A stretch of 64,000 nt of DNA, from contig NC_092671.1 in assembly GCF_964355755.1 (NCBI RefSeq), positions 620,001 through 684,000 on the forward strand, in the 5' to 3' direction. Positions 24,701-37,015 of the stretch are shown here, piece after piece (the first letter of the stretch is position 1; every line of letters starts with the position of its first letter). The position numbers and the translations under genes are program-made. Source of the stretch: Antedon mediterranea (lineage: Eukaryota > Animalia > Echinodermata). The notes under the pieces were generated by a model, which saw only the letters and a list, made by a program, of their open reading frames with translations, had not been told where the DNA came from and made no database searches.

Positions 24701-27700
24701 ATTGTGTATACCTTCATAAAAGACTTTATGAAATTGAGCAAATCGAATCAATGTTTTGTATGTTTTGTAATATTGCATATTAATTAATCATTACAAAAAG
24801 TACTTCTGATCATTTTTCAGCTTTTCTTGCATTTAAAAAAATACCATAAATTCCTACTCAGCATAATGTGCAAATATATAGAAAAAAAACCTGAACTTGT
24901 TATTGGCTCCAAACAGAATATACAGTATTGGGGTGTTAACAAATAAGAAGATAATAGTTACCAAATTCGCTAACTTTAGAATGCTGAAAACCAAAGTCAC
25001 GTGGTATTCGTGGTTCACAATCAATTGACGCCATTTCCCAGTATTTCAGAAAACATGACCAAAGTCGGTAAAGACAGCAAGTTGTTTTTCCTAAAATGAA
25101 TGAACAGGTTAATATTCAGTTAAATACCTTAAACTTGCATCAGCTAAGGTCATTCATAAATTAGAAGTTACAATTAATGTTTACTATAACTTATTTTCTA
25201 TCCAAAAAACACATTTTATTCAAATTAAGATACAAAGATTGTTGCTGGAAATGGAGGTTCCATCCAAATTATTTTACCTGTTCCACTACGTCCTAGAAGC
25301 AGAAGAGAGCAAGGAGGCTTAGGGTTGATGTGAATTATGGCATGTTCCTTCTCTGTTACACGGAATGGGAAGTCAACTCTTGTACTGGTGTCATGCAAGA
25401 TGTTGTTTACAAGACTAGAACTAAAACTGTAAAACTTCATTATGTGATATTCTGTCTCCTTTGAGCTTGCTGGTGGGAAGAAATCTTCTTTTTTCATCAT
25501 TCTTTGTGGAGAATCTTCTGGAAGTATTTCTTGGTACAAATTTGGAATCCTTGTTGCTGATAAAAAAAAAACACAAGGTATTGTTATTAATGGAATACTT
25601 ACATGTTTGTTTTTTTTAAATAACAATGATACATGAGATGATAAATTTAAAAAAAAAGGAAAATCAACCTTGTCCAGTTTGTTTATTTGGAAGTCCTCTT
25701 AATTTTTTCTGGAGGATACATTCATGACCACGATCAATTGATTTCAAAATCACATCAATTGCATGTGACACATTGTCATGATCTGGAACTACATCCCAAA
25801 CACGGATGACCTCAGCATAAATACGACCTCCAGTGACACCACCAAATTCTTGTTGAGTTTCTATGATGTAAAGTGGACAATTGAACATATACATTATTGA
25901 ATGATATTTATAATATACACAAGTGAAAGTCAGATAAGTTCGATTTTGTGACACTGTGGTGAAACGTTTGTAATGGGGAAGATAGTTAAAATAGATGTAT
26001 GCATTGGCACCTGATAGAAGTAGATACAGTGTCTTTTGTCCATGGAAAGAAAGAGAGAACATAGATAGAAAGATTTTATTAAGGTAGCAAAGTTGTTCAG
26101 TTACCTGTAAGTCTTGCCTCTGGATTCACACTAAGTTTTGGTGAAAAGGCTATAGCTTGCTGCCACAGGATCCTAGCACCACTGGTCAGTTTGATCTCAA
26201 ATAGTTGGATGTTTTTAGATTTGTCATGGGTTAGTGCTTTGGAAAGACTTTTAGACCGATCTCCTTCACCAAGCCGTCGTATTTTGTTCACAACAGCTTG
26301 TTTGATTTTATTCAAAACATGACGATCTCTTAAGAATTTCCAAACCTTGGCGGTACATTCAACTTCCCAGGTTAAGTTGTCAAACACTGCTGAATCTATT
26401 TCTTGTAGATCTCTATCTGTGCCTCTATCAGTTTGGGCTTTGAAATATAAATGAGATTATTGAAATTAAATTAATGTTTTATATTTCAGTAATTTATAAA
26501 TTTAGTTCAATGTATTACTATTAAAAAAGTTAAAACAAAATTCATTACAGTTACAAATAAAATCTGTCTTTGAATTTTTACTTTAATACTTAAATATAGT
26601 TTATCAAACCTTCTTCATCTGGTTGTGTTATATCAGGTGCTTTTTCTTCTTCTGTTCTTTCGTTTTCCATCTCATTCTTTTTTTTTCTTGGTTTTCTTTC
26701 AGATTCGACTTCCCTCTTATTTCTTTTTGCTTGCTTAATAACTGGAAGCACATCATCAATCAGTCCAGCTATTTTTCTCTTTAACTCATTTTTATCTAAT
26801 TTAGTTACAGCATTCTCCTTTTTTTGCTGCTTTGTTTTCTGCTGTGAATCCTGATCAGTTGTCATAAGTGATGATGATGATGATTCTGCAACTTCTACGG
26901 TCCTAGTCGACTCTTTGGACTTTGCAGGACCTCTTTTCCCTTTCTTTGGATGATAACGCGCTGCTTCTTCCAGGTATCGGTATCGTCTGTCATGTCTTTT
27001 TATTTGTGTGATAGGTATTCTTCCCGATTTGTTCTTCAAATATGGATTCACCTTATTTATAGCCAGAAGCTTGATTGCCTCTAGTGACAAAGCCTCGTCT
27101 TTTTCGTTAAGAGCAATATGAAACAGTGTATCATCAGTGCGAGTATTTACATCTGTTGGGTCCAGATATCGATCATCATTCTTGGTCTTGCTATACTTGT
27201 CAAAGAGCACCTTGAGAAGATCCATTTTTTTATCTGAAAAACAGTATAGAGACATTATACAAATACTCTCCATATTCAGTCATTCATATTAATTCCTGTG
27301 AAATGAACAAAGTGAAAATTATGTTTTAACACTACAGCTAACTCCTATCCAGGAACACCTCTAATAAGGTGACATTTTGTTGGATCCCAAAATACTGTAG
27401 ATTAGAGTGAAATATAATATCTCTATGGGCTAACAGAGGAAAGTATGAGACAGAGGTCCAATACTGTTGATTAGAGTGAACTATAATATCTCTATGGGCT
27501 AACAGAGGAAAGTATGAGACAGAGGTCCAATTTTATGAGGACTAAATTCAATTTCCTGCTCTTGTTTCATACATAACTTGCATAACCTAACCTGTAGCTT
27601 AGAAGTATCTATCTATGTGAATGGAATACTAAGTTTAATGTATTATAGTTTTGATACTGAACTGCAAAGATGAAATTACCATAGCATTTCAAACAAAGTC

Positions 27701-30700
27701 TCAATGCAGCATGTAGAGGACCGTCTCCATCAACTTCAACAAGATCTTCTGCTGCTGCATCTTTCCTTATTAATGCTGTTATTATCGAATAATTATCACC
27801 TTTCATCCCTTGTTGTAAACAATATTTGACCGGGGATTGACCTTCACTTGGCAGTCCATTTGGTATTGCTCCATTCTAAATAACATAATTTTGAATATTA
27901 TAAGATCTATAAAATCTTTTTTTTATAATTTCTATTTTATTCGCATCCAATATCGAGTAACTCACCAATTACAGGATGGACAAAAACTACTTTTTAATTT
28001 GTCATGCTTATAAACTAAGTCTTGAAGCTTAGGGAGTGGAGTTGGAAAGTGTCGTGAGTTAAAACAATTGGGATTGGAAGGCAGTTGGTGTACTGTAGTG
28101 TGTATTGTATCTTGAAGTTAAGTTAGTAATGAGAAATATACATTTAATATTATTATGTGTAGTCTTAATAATGAAAGTGAAAATGTATTATTCTCAATGA
28201 TTGTTGATTATGTCTGCTCTCCAGATTGAATAGTATCTTTAGCTCTGTCTACACTATTATTAACTGTCTGCACTACCATATTTGGGCACACCATACTTTT
28301 TTTGTCTAACCAGTTTGATAGTGTGAACAGAGCTTTAGAGACCACATTATATTGTACTCTGACAGTGATACTTTTTTAAATTTGTATTTTATTATTCAGA
28401 CCTACGAAATGTTGATGGAAATTTCAACTTCGTTTTATTATTTTATTCACTGGGCAAAAATATAAATTTCACAAAAAAAGTGATCTACCTCTAAGAGAGC
28501 TTTAACAATTTTAATCTTTTCAATTTTCTTATCTGTTGATTTTAGACATTTCATGATTGAAACAGATTTCACGTCACATCCTGTAGCTAAACCACCTTGG
28601 CCATACTCAAAATTATTTCCTCCACCTTTTAGTAAAAGGAACATCACTCGCCAACGATTTTCAATCTGAAGATCAAGCATGGTTTTATCCCAAATTGAAG
28701 GATTTAAACCACTTTGTACATCTTGTGTAATTTCTGCAAAAAAAGTCATGGTATCATTTAAATTAAATATAATAAATTGGTTCCTTTATTGAGAACGTTT
28801 TAACTTTTGCCTTTATATGCTTTTTTTTTAGTCTTAGGGTCAAAGAGAGAAACTCACTAAAAATAATTGTAAACTTAAGTTCTAAATTAATAGGTTGTCA
28901 ACTTCGTAGCTTATCTTCTTTCTGTGACATGCAAACTCTATAAAAAAGTTGAGCTATTCTAAAAAATATTAACCATGCCTTGTTCAGTGATTTCGAGCTC
29001 ATGCCTCATGGGCGTCGCTTTCTATGCCCGGCATGTAGAACAAACCGGAAAAGAAATTCGTTTTTTGCCAGTGGCCATCCGACTTTTAAATTCTTGAACT
29101 TTGACTCTTGTTATAGTGTATTGTGATATTTTGTAAGATCATTTCAATCCAGACCTTTTTATTTGAATTGCCCCGTGTGGGATGATTAAAGAATTTTGAA
29201 TTGAATTGAATTCAATCACTTTTACAGTGAGTGATGAATAAAAAAAACACTAGAAAAAAACCATGAAAAACATTTTTCTTGCACAAGAAAACAAAACTAT
29301 GATTAAAACAACACATAACAATTAACATCTCCTTTTCCATTACTGATAGTCTTTTGTAAATAAAAAAAGAATAGTAGTGTACCTTGTAGAAGTGAATTGG
29401 ATGTAAAATACCTTTGAAATCAGATGAATCTAATATGTTGATGATTTCTTGTTTGCAGTTTTCAACTTCTTGTTCACCAGGGTTTCTGTCCACCATAACG
29501 TTTAAGAACACTTGCAGGGCTTTGCTATACTGTCTTTCTCTTTTTAATTTACAACCTTTTTCAAACCCATTAACTTGTTCTGAAAAAATAACAATCTAAA
29601 GGTTCATGCATACACTTTTATATTTAACATATTTAGTTGACTCTTTATATCTATTACTGTTTTATTTATTGTTGATTAAACAGACAAACTTCTATAAAAC
29701 AAAGTGAACTGCTGCTATTAAAAAACGTACAAAAACAAACATTGCAGTTCTTTTCTAAATGTGGTTTTAGATGCATTCTGTTGCTATAGCAATAGAAATA
29801 CTCATATATGTTTCATACCCTTTTTGTATGTTTGCTTTTTATATTTTTCTTTGGTTTTCAAATTAGGCTGACTGTTTTGATTTTGTTGCGGTTTTTTTCT
29901 TGAATTTTGTTTATCCTGTTTCTTGGAATTTGTAACTTCAGAGTAAGGCCGTCGTTCTCTCTCAGGCATGTCATCAGAAAATTTAGAAAAGCCATAATCA
30001 GTATTTGAAGCCGCTGGTGATGAGTAGGGACGCCGGGTCCGTTCTGTAAGAACAGGATTTTCTTCAAACCTTCGTTGCTTTGTCTTTGGTACAACACTCT
30101 CAGAACATTTTGGAACTGGTTTTGCTTGATTGGCGACATGTTTAGAATTTTGTTCTTCAGTTCGTACTTTCATAGCCAAGGTCCAATCGTCAATATAATC
30201 AGCAGCTGTTTTCCCAGATTTATCCTTGACACACGGATCAACCTTGTTCTTTAAAAGAAAAAGCACTGCTGTCTTTCTCTGCTTTCCACTTCGCTTGGCA
30301 GCAAAGTGCAGAAGTGTAGCGCCATCACCGTCTTTGCGGCTTCGTTTCTCTTTAGTTGTTGCATGATCAGAGAATAAATAGTCCAGAAAGTCATAATTAG
30401 CTTAAATTAAAACACAAAAATATAAGTTAACAATGCAAGCCTACATTGGATGGAAATAAATAAAAATATTATCTTGCTAAATGGCTCAATTATGAAGTAG
30501 CTTCACAAGAACAAGTTCGTAATGTACATTTAATAATCTCACTTTAATTAATTTTTTTTTTTAATCATTACCAATTTCCATGCAATGGTTCAAAGCAACA
30601 TGAAGGGGCGTGTCTCCATCTTTGATTGACAGTCCTTCCCAATTCGCACCATGTTTCATGAGAACCAACATCAGATCCATTCCATATCTATTCCGATCAG

Positions 30701-33700
30701 AAGGACCCATACATCTTCAATTTAAATGAAAAAAGAAAAGATCAGGAAAAAAAAACCATACTAAATTATTAGACAAATGAAATATCATACATGCATATCC
30801 GGGTTCAAAACGACTCCCAGTTATCATTGTGAATCAAATGTATCACAATGATATATAATAATAGGGATCTTGAACCATCCCCATTCTGCCTTTTCTTTTT
30901 TGTTTAAATATTGTTGAGTGTAGAAGAGACATGAACATAAGTGTGTTCAATTCAATTCAATTCAATTCAATTCAATTCAAAGAACATTTATTCACGTCCA
31001 AAAGATAAAAGTAACAAAAACAAAATGGCAAGTGATAAAACAAGAAAATGGACGAAGGCAAATCCCAAAAAGATTACAATCTTGTGACGGGATTGCCTTT
31101 ACATATTTAAATTAAGAGAAGAAAAAAATATAAATAAAGAAAATAAATTAATTAAACAATAAAGAAATACAAAATATATATAAAACCAGTAGATAAAAGT
31201 TGGAATAAAAAATAAAAAAAGAAGAACAGAAAAAAGTACAGCTGCATGGCATATAGCGAATATGATGACAAATGAATAATAAAGGTAGCAAGTCACGGAA
31301 CATGGAAACAACGACCATATCAAACAGATCGATCAGTAATGAGACAAAAGGTAATTTTTAATGTTATTATTGAATGAATGGCGGTTAGCAGCACAGGAAA
31401 TTGAGGGGGGTAAATTGTTAAACAATAGAGGTCCAGAATATCTAATGCTATGTTGAAAATAATTGGTGTTATGGTTAGGGATATATATGTTATTTCTTGT
31501 TCTAGTGTAATATTTATGAACGGTATTATTAGGAGCGAAAAGGTCGTTAAGATGGCAAGGGAGAAGTGAGTGAGTGGTCAAAAAAACAAAGACACCTTGA
31601 GGAATGTGACAGTGGATGAGCGCCAGATATAGTCCTGATACCTTTTTTTTGTAGGATAGAGAGTTTAATGATGTTTGTAGGGTAAGTGCTGGCCCAGACA
31701 ATGTTACCATAGCTCAAATAAGGAAGGATGAGTGTGCAATAAAGGGTCCTGAGAATATTAGTTGGGAGGAAGGAAGAAAGCCTTGAAATGATCCCAAGGT
31801 TCTTAGACACTTTGTTCTCAATTTCTTGGATATGGGGTTTCCATGAGAGAGAGTTGTCAATGATAATGCCAAGAAATTTATTATACTTTACAGAGGGGAT
31901 TTCTTGATTATCAATAACGACTTTAAGTGGGGACACATCAATACCTCTAGTCAACTGCGGGGTTCCGAATAGGATGTAACTATACATTTATTATGATTGA
32001 GGGTCAGTTTGTTGGCAATAAAGTACTGGGACAAGGGGATAACGTTGGTATTAAACGTGTCAAAAAGAGTTTGGATATTTTTGTTGGCATGAAAAACTGT
32101 AGTGTCATCAGCATATAGAAAAAAATTTAGCAGGTTTGAGGTTCGGTGGATATCATTAATGTAAAGGGTGAACAGAAGAGGGCCAAGTAAGGAGCCCTGG
32201 GGAACGCCACAGGTGATAGGGCAAAAATTTGAAATAGAGTTAAAATATTTAGTACATTGGGAGCGGTTAGTGAGATAGCTTTTGAAAACGTTTAAGGCGG
32301 GTCCTCGGATTCCATAGTGAGACAATTTAAAAAGAAGAATATTATGATCAATGGTGTCGAAAGCCTTGGAAAGGTCGATGAAAAGTCCGATTCCAAATTG
32401 ACGATTTTCGAATGCATGAATAATTTTGTTAGTGAGGTCGATCAAAGCCATGGAGGTGTTATGTCCTTTTCTAAAGCCATATTGTCTCTTGAAGAGGATG
32501 TTATGTTTGCTGATAAATGAAAATGTTCTATCATAGATAATTCTTTCCAAGGCTTTCGAAAAGATTGACAGGATGGAGATAGGACGATAGTTAGAAAGGT
32601 TGGATTTGGGGCCAGATTTGTAAACAGGGGTAACGCGCGCCAGCTTCAACCTGTTCGGAAAAACACCTTTGCAGAGGACAAGATTAAAAATGTGACACAA
32701 GGGAAGGGAGATAAGGTTGATAACATGTTTAATGGCTTTAGTATGGAAATCATCAGTACAAGGAGCTTTATTGTTATCGAAGGAGGAGATAATTCTTATG
32801 ATATCATCTTCTAGGACGGGGGTTAAGAACATTGATTTCGGATTTGGTTGAGGAAGAAATTCTTTGAAAGAAACATTGCTTGGAGGGATTTTGTTAGCAA
32901 GGGAGGGTCCGATTTCGACAAAAAAATCATTAAATGCTTTAGAAATAATGACGGGGTCTTTAGTTGGTACTCCGTTACATTGACAGGGGTATTGCCTTTG
33001 TGTTGGTTTCGGTTTTTATGGTTCAATAAAGAGTTAATTGATTTCCAGGTTGTCTTAATATCATTTTTTTTGCTTGGTGAAAATATCATGAAAGTGGATT
33101 CTTTTGGCAATTTTGATAATGGAGTTAAGTTTATTACGATATCGTTTATATTTGATTTCATTGGCAGGAGAAGGGCGGTGAAGAAATTTTGCATAGAGTT
33201 TATGTTTATACTTTATTGATTTTAGCAGTCCGTTTGACATCCAAGATTTAATTTTTTTGTTCTTGTTTGTATTGTTCCTTTTCAGTAACGGGAAGTGTTG
33301 GTCATAAAGGGCTTTAAGTGTGTTATCAAAGAGGTCATAAGCAAAGTCAGGATCATTAGAATTAAGGATATCAAACCAAGTTTGATTAGAGACATCATGG
33401 TAAAAGTTGTTAAGAGACGTATTGTTAATCTGTCTGAGAGATGGGATCTCTTCATTGTTTGAGCTAGTGGCAAAACTATAAGAGAGGTTTGAAATATTAA
33501 AAACAGGGAGATGATCAGAGATATCACTATATAGCAGACCACTTATATGAGAACAATCAAATTGATTTGTAATAATATTATCTAATAATGAGGCTGTGGA
33601 ATTTGTTATTCGGGATGGTCTGTCGATAAGTGGAAGATAGTGATTGCTAAACAGTGTGTTAATGAATTGACGGGCAGTATTGTCAGATTCATGTTTCAGA

Positions 33701-36686
33701 ATGTCAATGTTAAAGTCTCCAAGAATATAAACATTTTTATTTTCTTTTGTTAAATTGGAAAGGACAATGTCAAGTTCAATTAAGAATTGATTTGGGTCAG
33801 AGGAGGGGGGTCCTCTTATTTATTGGTTTAATTACCCACCTTATGAGAGGACGAAGATTTACAGATGAAGCATCACATTCAGTTGCCATGCCGACACCTC
33901 TTGGAAGGTAAGGCTCACCTTTGAGAAACACACGATGTAAAACCTTGGAGAAAAAAACACAATCATTATATTCTGCAAAAGCCTCGTTTTTTATGATTTT
34001 CAATAATATTAATTCAGGCTTAATAGCTCATTATGCAAAAGCCTCAATGCACTTAACAGTAAAAATAAAATGCCAGTCAAAAAAGATTCAAAGTTTTCAA
34101 AGCTGACTTAAAATAAGTAAAGCAATTGAAGAAAACAGAAAAACCTTGTCCATGGATGCAATAAGCGAGAGTAGAGACTCGGAGACCTCTCATATGGATG
34201 AAGAAGTTGCGAAATAAAACAAATCAAAAGAGATATAACTTTAATAATATTTTTCCACTTTACCTTGGTTAATCTTTGTTTAGCTAACTGTGAAACAACT
34301 TTTGACCAAACCGTGGGTGGCGCTGTACAGCGAAAACAGAGTTCTTGAACTTTTGGCATGTCTGCAATGCAAGTGTAATATCACATGATTAATTATTACG
34401 AGTGTTGCTGGCAAAAGAGAATTACTGTTATGGCAGGGTGAGGAAATAAAGTAGTACTCCACACCAACTATTGCAAACAAAAACATACAGATTTTCAGAT
34501 TCTCTTCAGGTTTTAATCAACAGATTATTTAGAATATTGTTATCTGTAGACACCTGTATAGCCCTATTAATGATATCTTAAGTACTCTTGGATGGAGTAG
34601 ACTTACAGAAAAATGGAATGAAAATATTCTTATAATGCTATTTTTAAATAGCATTATAAGAATATTAAAAGAAATAGCTCCAAGATACTTAACCATATTA
34701 TTTCAATTTACTGTAAATAACCATAATAAATGCACTAGCTCCCAAAGTAATAATGACTTATCAGTTATGTTATGCATGCGTCACTTGCATGTGACAAGAA
34801 AAATGGAGAACATGACCTTTGTTTTTAATTTTAATAATACAAGAGAATATACATACTATATGCCTTATTATAGTCAACTTGTATATACTGAAATAATTTG
34901 TACTGCAAACTGAAACAAAAGTGGGACGAGCCCTTAAAAGACAAAAAAAATCTATTCCGTTATGGAATAACTCTCAGGGTAAAAGAAATTTTGTTTATAG
35001 ATCAACAAAACTATGGAATTCTCTACCAAATAACATAAAATCAGAACTCCATAATATGTCTTTGGCAACTTTTAAATCTTCACTATAGAAAACATATATG
35101 TATTAACCTTTTTGCCTTCACAATTGTAAATAGTTTTATATCTCTTTTCTTTCTTTTTGTTTTTGTTTTATATTTTATTTTTGTTATAGTATATGTTTAT
35201 TGAACCACTTTGGAAATCAGTAAATTTGTATTGAAAGTGTATTTCAGTTTAAAGAAAGAACAAATAAATAAATAAATACATTATCATGCTTGAATCGCTG
35301 TTTTTCTTTCCAGATAAACTTGATAAAATAGAAGGCCTACTAGAAGGGAGCTGTGTCTGCAAAAATTAAAAACCTAAACCAGAAATGCACAATGATCATC
35401 AGATTACCTTTGAGACTCTCCCATAATATTGCAATTTCTCTCATAAAGTCAGCCCTGTCTTTAACAGCATCATCATCAAATCCTCTGATGCTACTATACC
35501 CATCTACCAAAGACTGGAGCGCTTGCATGAGTTTATTCATTTCCTTAAATGCTACAAACACTCTCCAATAACCCTGCAAAAAATATACTAAATAGGGTAA
35601 AGAAGATGATTTCTTCCAGGGATATTACTAGTTAAAATTCTTTTATGACTGTGAAAACAACTTTGACAATTAGCCAAATTAACCTTAATTTAATTACATA
35701 TTAAATTGATTTAAATTCAATGAATTTATTTTTCAATTTGTACACTTTTGATGATTAACTTTTACTAAGATGAAATGTATGTAAAAAATTACCTTTATCC
35801 ATGTTTTGTCCATGTCCAAACACATCATGCCATCATTAAGTGCCTCTTTAAGTCTGCCAAGTTTAGAAAACGCCAATGACCGGTTGCTTAAGACCTTAGC
35901 AACATCTCTTGTGGTAAGCCCTACTTCTATAACTTGTGTAATCTCTAGTGCTTGTGAGTAGCATTGAATGGCATAATCATAGTGGCCATGTTTATTTGCT
36001 TCATTTCCAGTTTCTTTATGAGCATTAAACTGGTCTACATAATGCACATCTATTAAGAAATTAAATTAAAAAAACAAGAAATATAATAGTAAGAGTACTG
36101 ACATCAACCATTGGGCATACAAGTTAATTCTTCCATTGTACAATTTGAAAATAGAGCGCTAACGTAAACTAGCCAATATTCCTAAAAAAGCAATTCTTTT
36201 CTTACTAGAAATGAAAGTTTTTTAAAACTTAAAAGTCATTCAGTCGTAGTTAAGGAAAGAAATAAACATCGCGTTTGAAATTGGTTGTATTTTAGTTTTG
36301 TCTCAATAAAATAAACTTTAGTATTGAGTACAAGCAGGATTATCTCACCATTGTCTTTACTAATATATTGCCTAGAGTATATAGTAGAATAATATTTTTA
36401 GGAAGTACGTTGTTTGGGCCAAATAAATTTGATCCAATTAAAATGCAACCAAAACAAAAGCATAGCTAAAGCAGTAGCACTACTGCTGGGTATGTAAAAT
36501 ACCATGGAGTTACTCCATGAAAATACCAGAAGTTGATTCAATCACAACTGACAAAATATCATAATATTCAATATTCATTCATTTTTTAATTGTAAAACCC
36601 AATAGGACCTACTTACTCAAATGAAAATATTCTTGTTGTTGTTGATAAGTGTAATTATATGATGGATGCCCTCGTCGCCCTGCCAT
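9721..36686 (-). CDS. TRANK1: TPR and ankyrin repeat-containing protein 1 homologue (TPR, ankyrin, RelE-like, UvrD/SF1 helicase, TPR, Zn fingers), 32 coding exons, ~3241 aa
   Basis: Exons with GT-AG ends and matching phases, total 9726 nt: 36686-36617, 36049-35793, 35573-35408, 34361-34264, 33943-33840, 30714-30572, 30400-29819, 29579-29412, 28733-28489, 27875-27680, 27233-26610, 26437-26105, 25860-25669, 25556-25278, 25090-24962, 24645-24250, 24162-23887, 23457-23327, 21466-21274, 21179-21015, 20848-20649, 20490-20353, 20150-19986, 19580-19409, 19121-19002, 18870-18662, 18309-18107, 14507-11302, 11100-10936, 10654-10584, 10292-10118, 9875-9721. Motifs: TPR (AIQCYSQAL...LSNRSLAF), ankyrin ([17 protein letters not shown]), and helicase [48 protein letters not shown]. 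Confidence 0.93.
11302..14507 (-). CDS. TRANK1: TRANK1 large exon 28 (3206 nt): TPR-like helical region, CCCH zinc finger, acidic repeats, first half of a C2H2-like finger
   Basis: 1050-aa ORF. Acceptor tttcag|A at 14507 (phase 2) and donor GAA G|gtacag at 11302. Contains [19 protein letters not shown] and CGICRTTF. Confidence 0.92.
14619..15293. repeat. 39-bp minisatellite (~17 copies) made of the TRANK1 exon 27 3' end plus its splice donor
   Basis: Unit catttacataccttggtggtacacaaccatcagggaggt. On the minus strand this is the last 32 nt of exon 27 followed by gtatgta. Confidence 0.97.
15293..17907 (-). mobile_element. 5'-truncated, decayed non-LTR retrotransposon (Rex1/Babar-like, CR1 group), split by a Helitron into 17907-17300 and 15888-15293
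   Basis: RT motifs [21 protein letters not shown] and KYADD. C-terminal HPLH...SGIRLR...[11 protein letters not shown]. 3' AATAAA followed by a (TATGAC)n tail. Short duplication tacct at 15289-15293 and 17908-17912. Confidence 0.9.
15889..17299 (+). mobile_element. Non-autonomous Helitron (1411 bp)
   Basis: Starts TCTATATATAAA and ends CTAG, inserted between A15888 and T17300 with no TSD. 3' hairpin ctagatggtacgc-gagcgaagcga-gcgtaccatctag. Removing it restores the LINE frame ([23 protein letters not shown]). Confidence 0.9.
17908..18138. repeat. 39-bp minisatellite, exon-proximal part (~6 copies; the outermost is the real exon end)
   Basis: Same unit as 14619-15293. The copy next to the exon carries a 1-nt insertion (aggtttattt). 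Confidence 0.97.
19409..25300 (-). other. TRANK1: TRANK1 UvrD-like superfamily-1 helicase core (exons 14-24)
   Basis: Walker A GRSGTG|KTT is split across 25278/25090. Walker B IYVDETQD, motif [31 protein letters not shown] and [11 protein letters not shown] follow in order. Confidence 0.9.
21737..23297 (-). mobile_element. Helentron-associated non-autonomous element (HINE/DINE-1-like) with internal ~179/358-bp repeats
   Basis: Minus strand begins tttt|AGGTGATCATTT-agaata-AAATGATCACCT (sub-TIR plus inverted copy). It ends AAATGATCACCT-at-AATTCGTCA-aag-TGACGAATT-aaattCTAG|tttt. Inserted in a T-run with no TSD. Confidence 0.85.
27392..27531. repeat. Intronic tandem duplication, ~70-bp unit x2
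   Basis: gattagagtgaa.tataatatctctatgggctaacagaggaaagtatgagacagaggtccaa occurs twice. Confidence 0.85.
28241..28334. mobile_element. MITE family B (Harbinger-like, TIR AGCTCTGTCTACACT)
   Basis: agctctgtctacact ... agtgtgaacagagct|tta. Internal cactaccatatttgggca is shared with the copies at 45052, 56064 and 59780. Confidence 0.75.
28960..29213 (+). mobile_element. Probable LINE 3'-end remnant with (TTGAA)n tail
   Basis: Ends attaaagaattttgaattgaattgaatt. No recognisable RT peptide and the left boundary is approximate. Confidence 0.35.
30946..33811 (-). mobile_element. 5'-truncated CR1/L2-group LINE (APE endonuclease C-half plus RT), frameshifted
   Basis: PPSSD...[11 protein letters not shown]...[19 protein letters not shown] (APE). 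[32 protein letters not shown] and LYADDT (RT) lie across several frames. 3' AATAAA and a (TTGAA)7 tail at 30946-30980. Confidence 0.93.
35040..35278 (+). mobile_element. Probable L2/CR1-type LINE 3'-end remnant with (TAAA)n tail
   Basis: T-rich tract, then gaaccactttggaaatcag...gaaagtgtatttc and aaataaataaataaata. Left boundary approximate. Confidence 0.35.
36503..36519. mobile_element. P-like transposon excision footprint (17 bp)
   Basis: aaaatac|catggagt-t-actccatg|aaaatac. The first 8 bp of both TIRs of the 49689-51988 element sit between a 7-bp TSD. Confidence 0.75.
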
Positions 36687-37015
36687 CACTCCGCCCAACG
36701 ATGACGATGATGATGTTGTGCAGATGTGGGTTCAAGCTTCCGTCCCAACAAAAAGGCTACTAGAAAGTAGTCTAGTTGGGCCTAGCTAGTCTGAGGAGAG
36801 AGCCTAGTCAGACTGTCGTCGTGCTTTTCAGTAGGCTTAAAATCATTATTGACGATATATCAATACTGTATTATTACCATTATACAACCACGTAACTAAT
36901 ACTTATATACCTACGTATCAGATTACAGTAAATATACAAAAATACAGTATCTTTCGCCAGTATTTTAGGTACATGAACTACTTGTATTGTTGTTTTCTCC
37001 GTTCATTGTCGAAAG

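Noticed and set aside
33898-33918. Possible intron inside TRANK1 exon 5 (gtgag...ag)
   Set aside because: Only ~18-20 nt, too short, and the frame reads through without stops.
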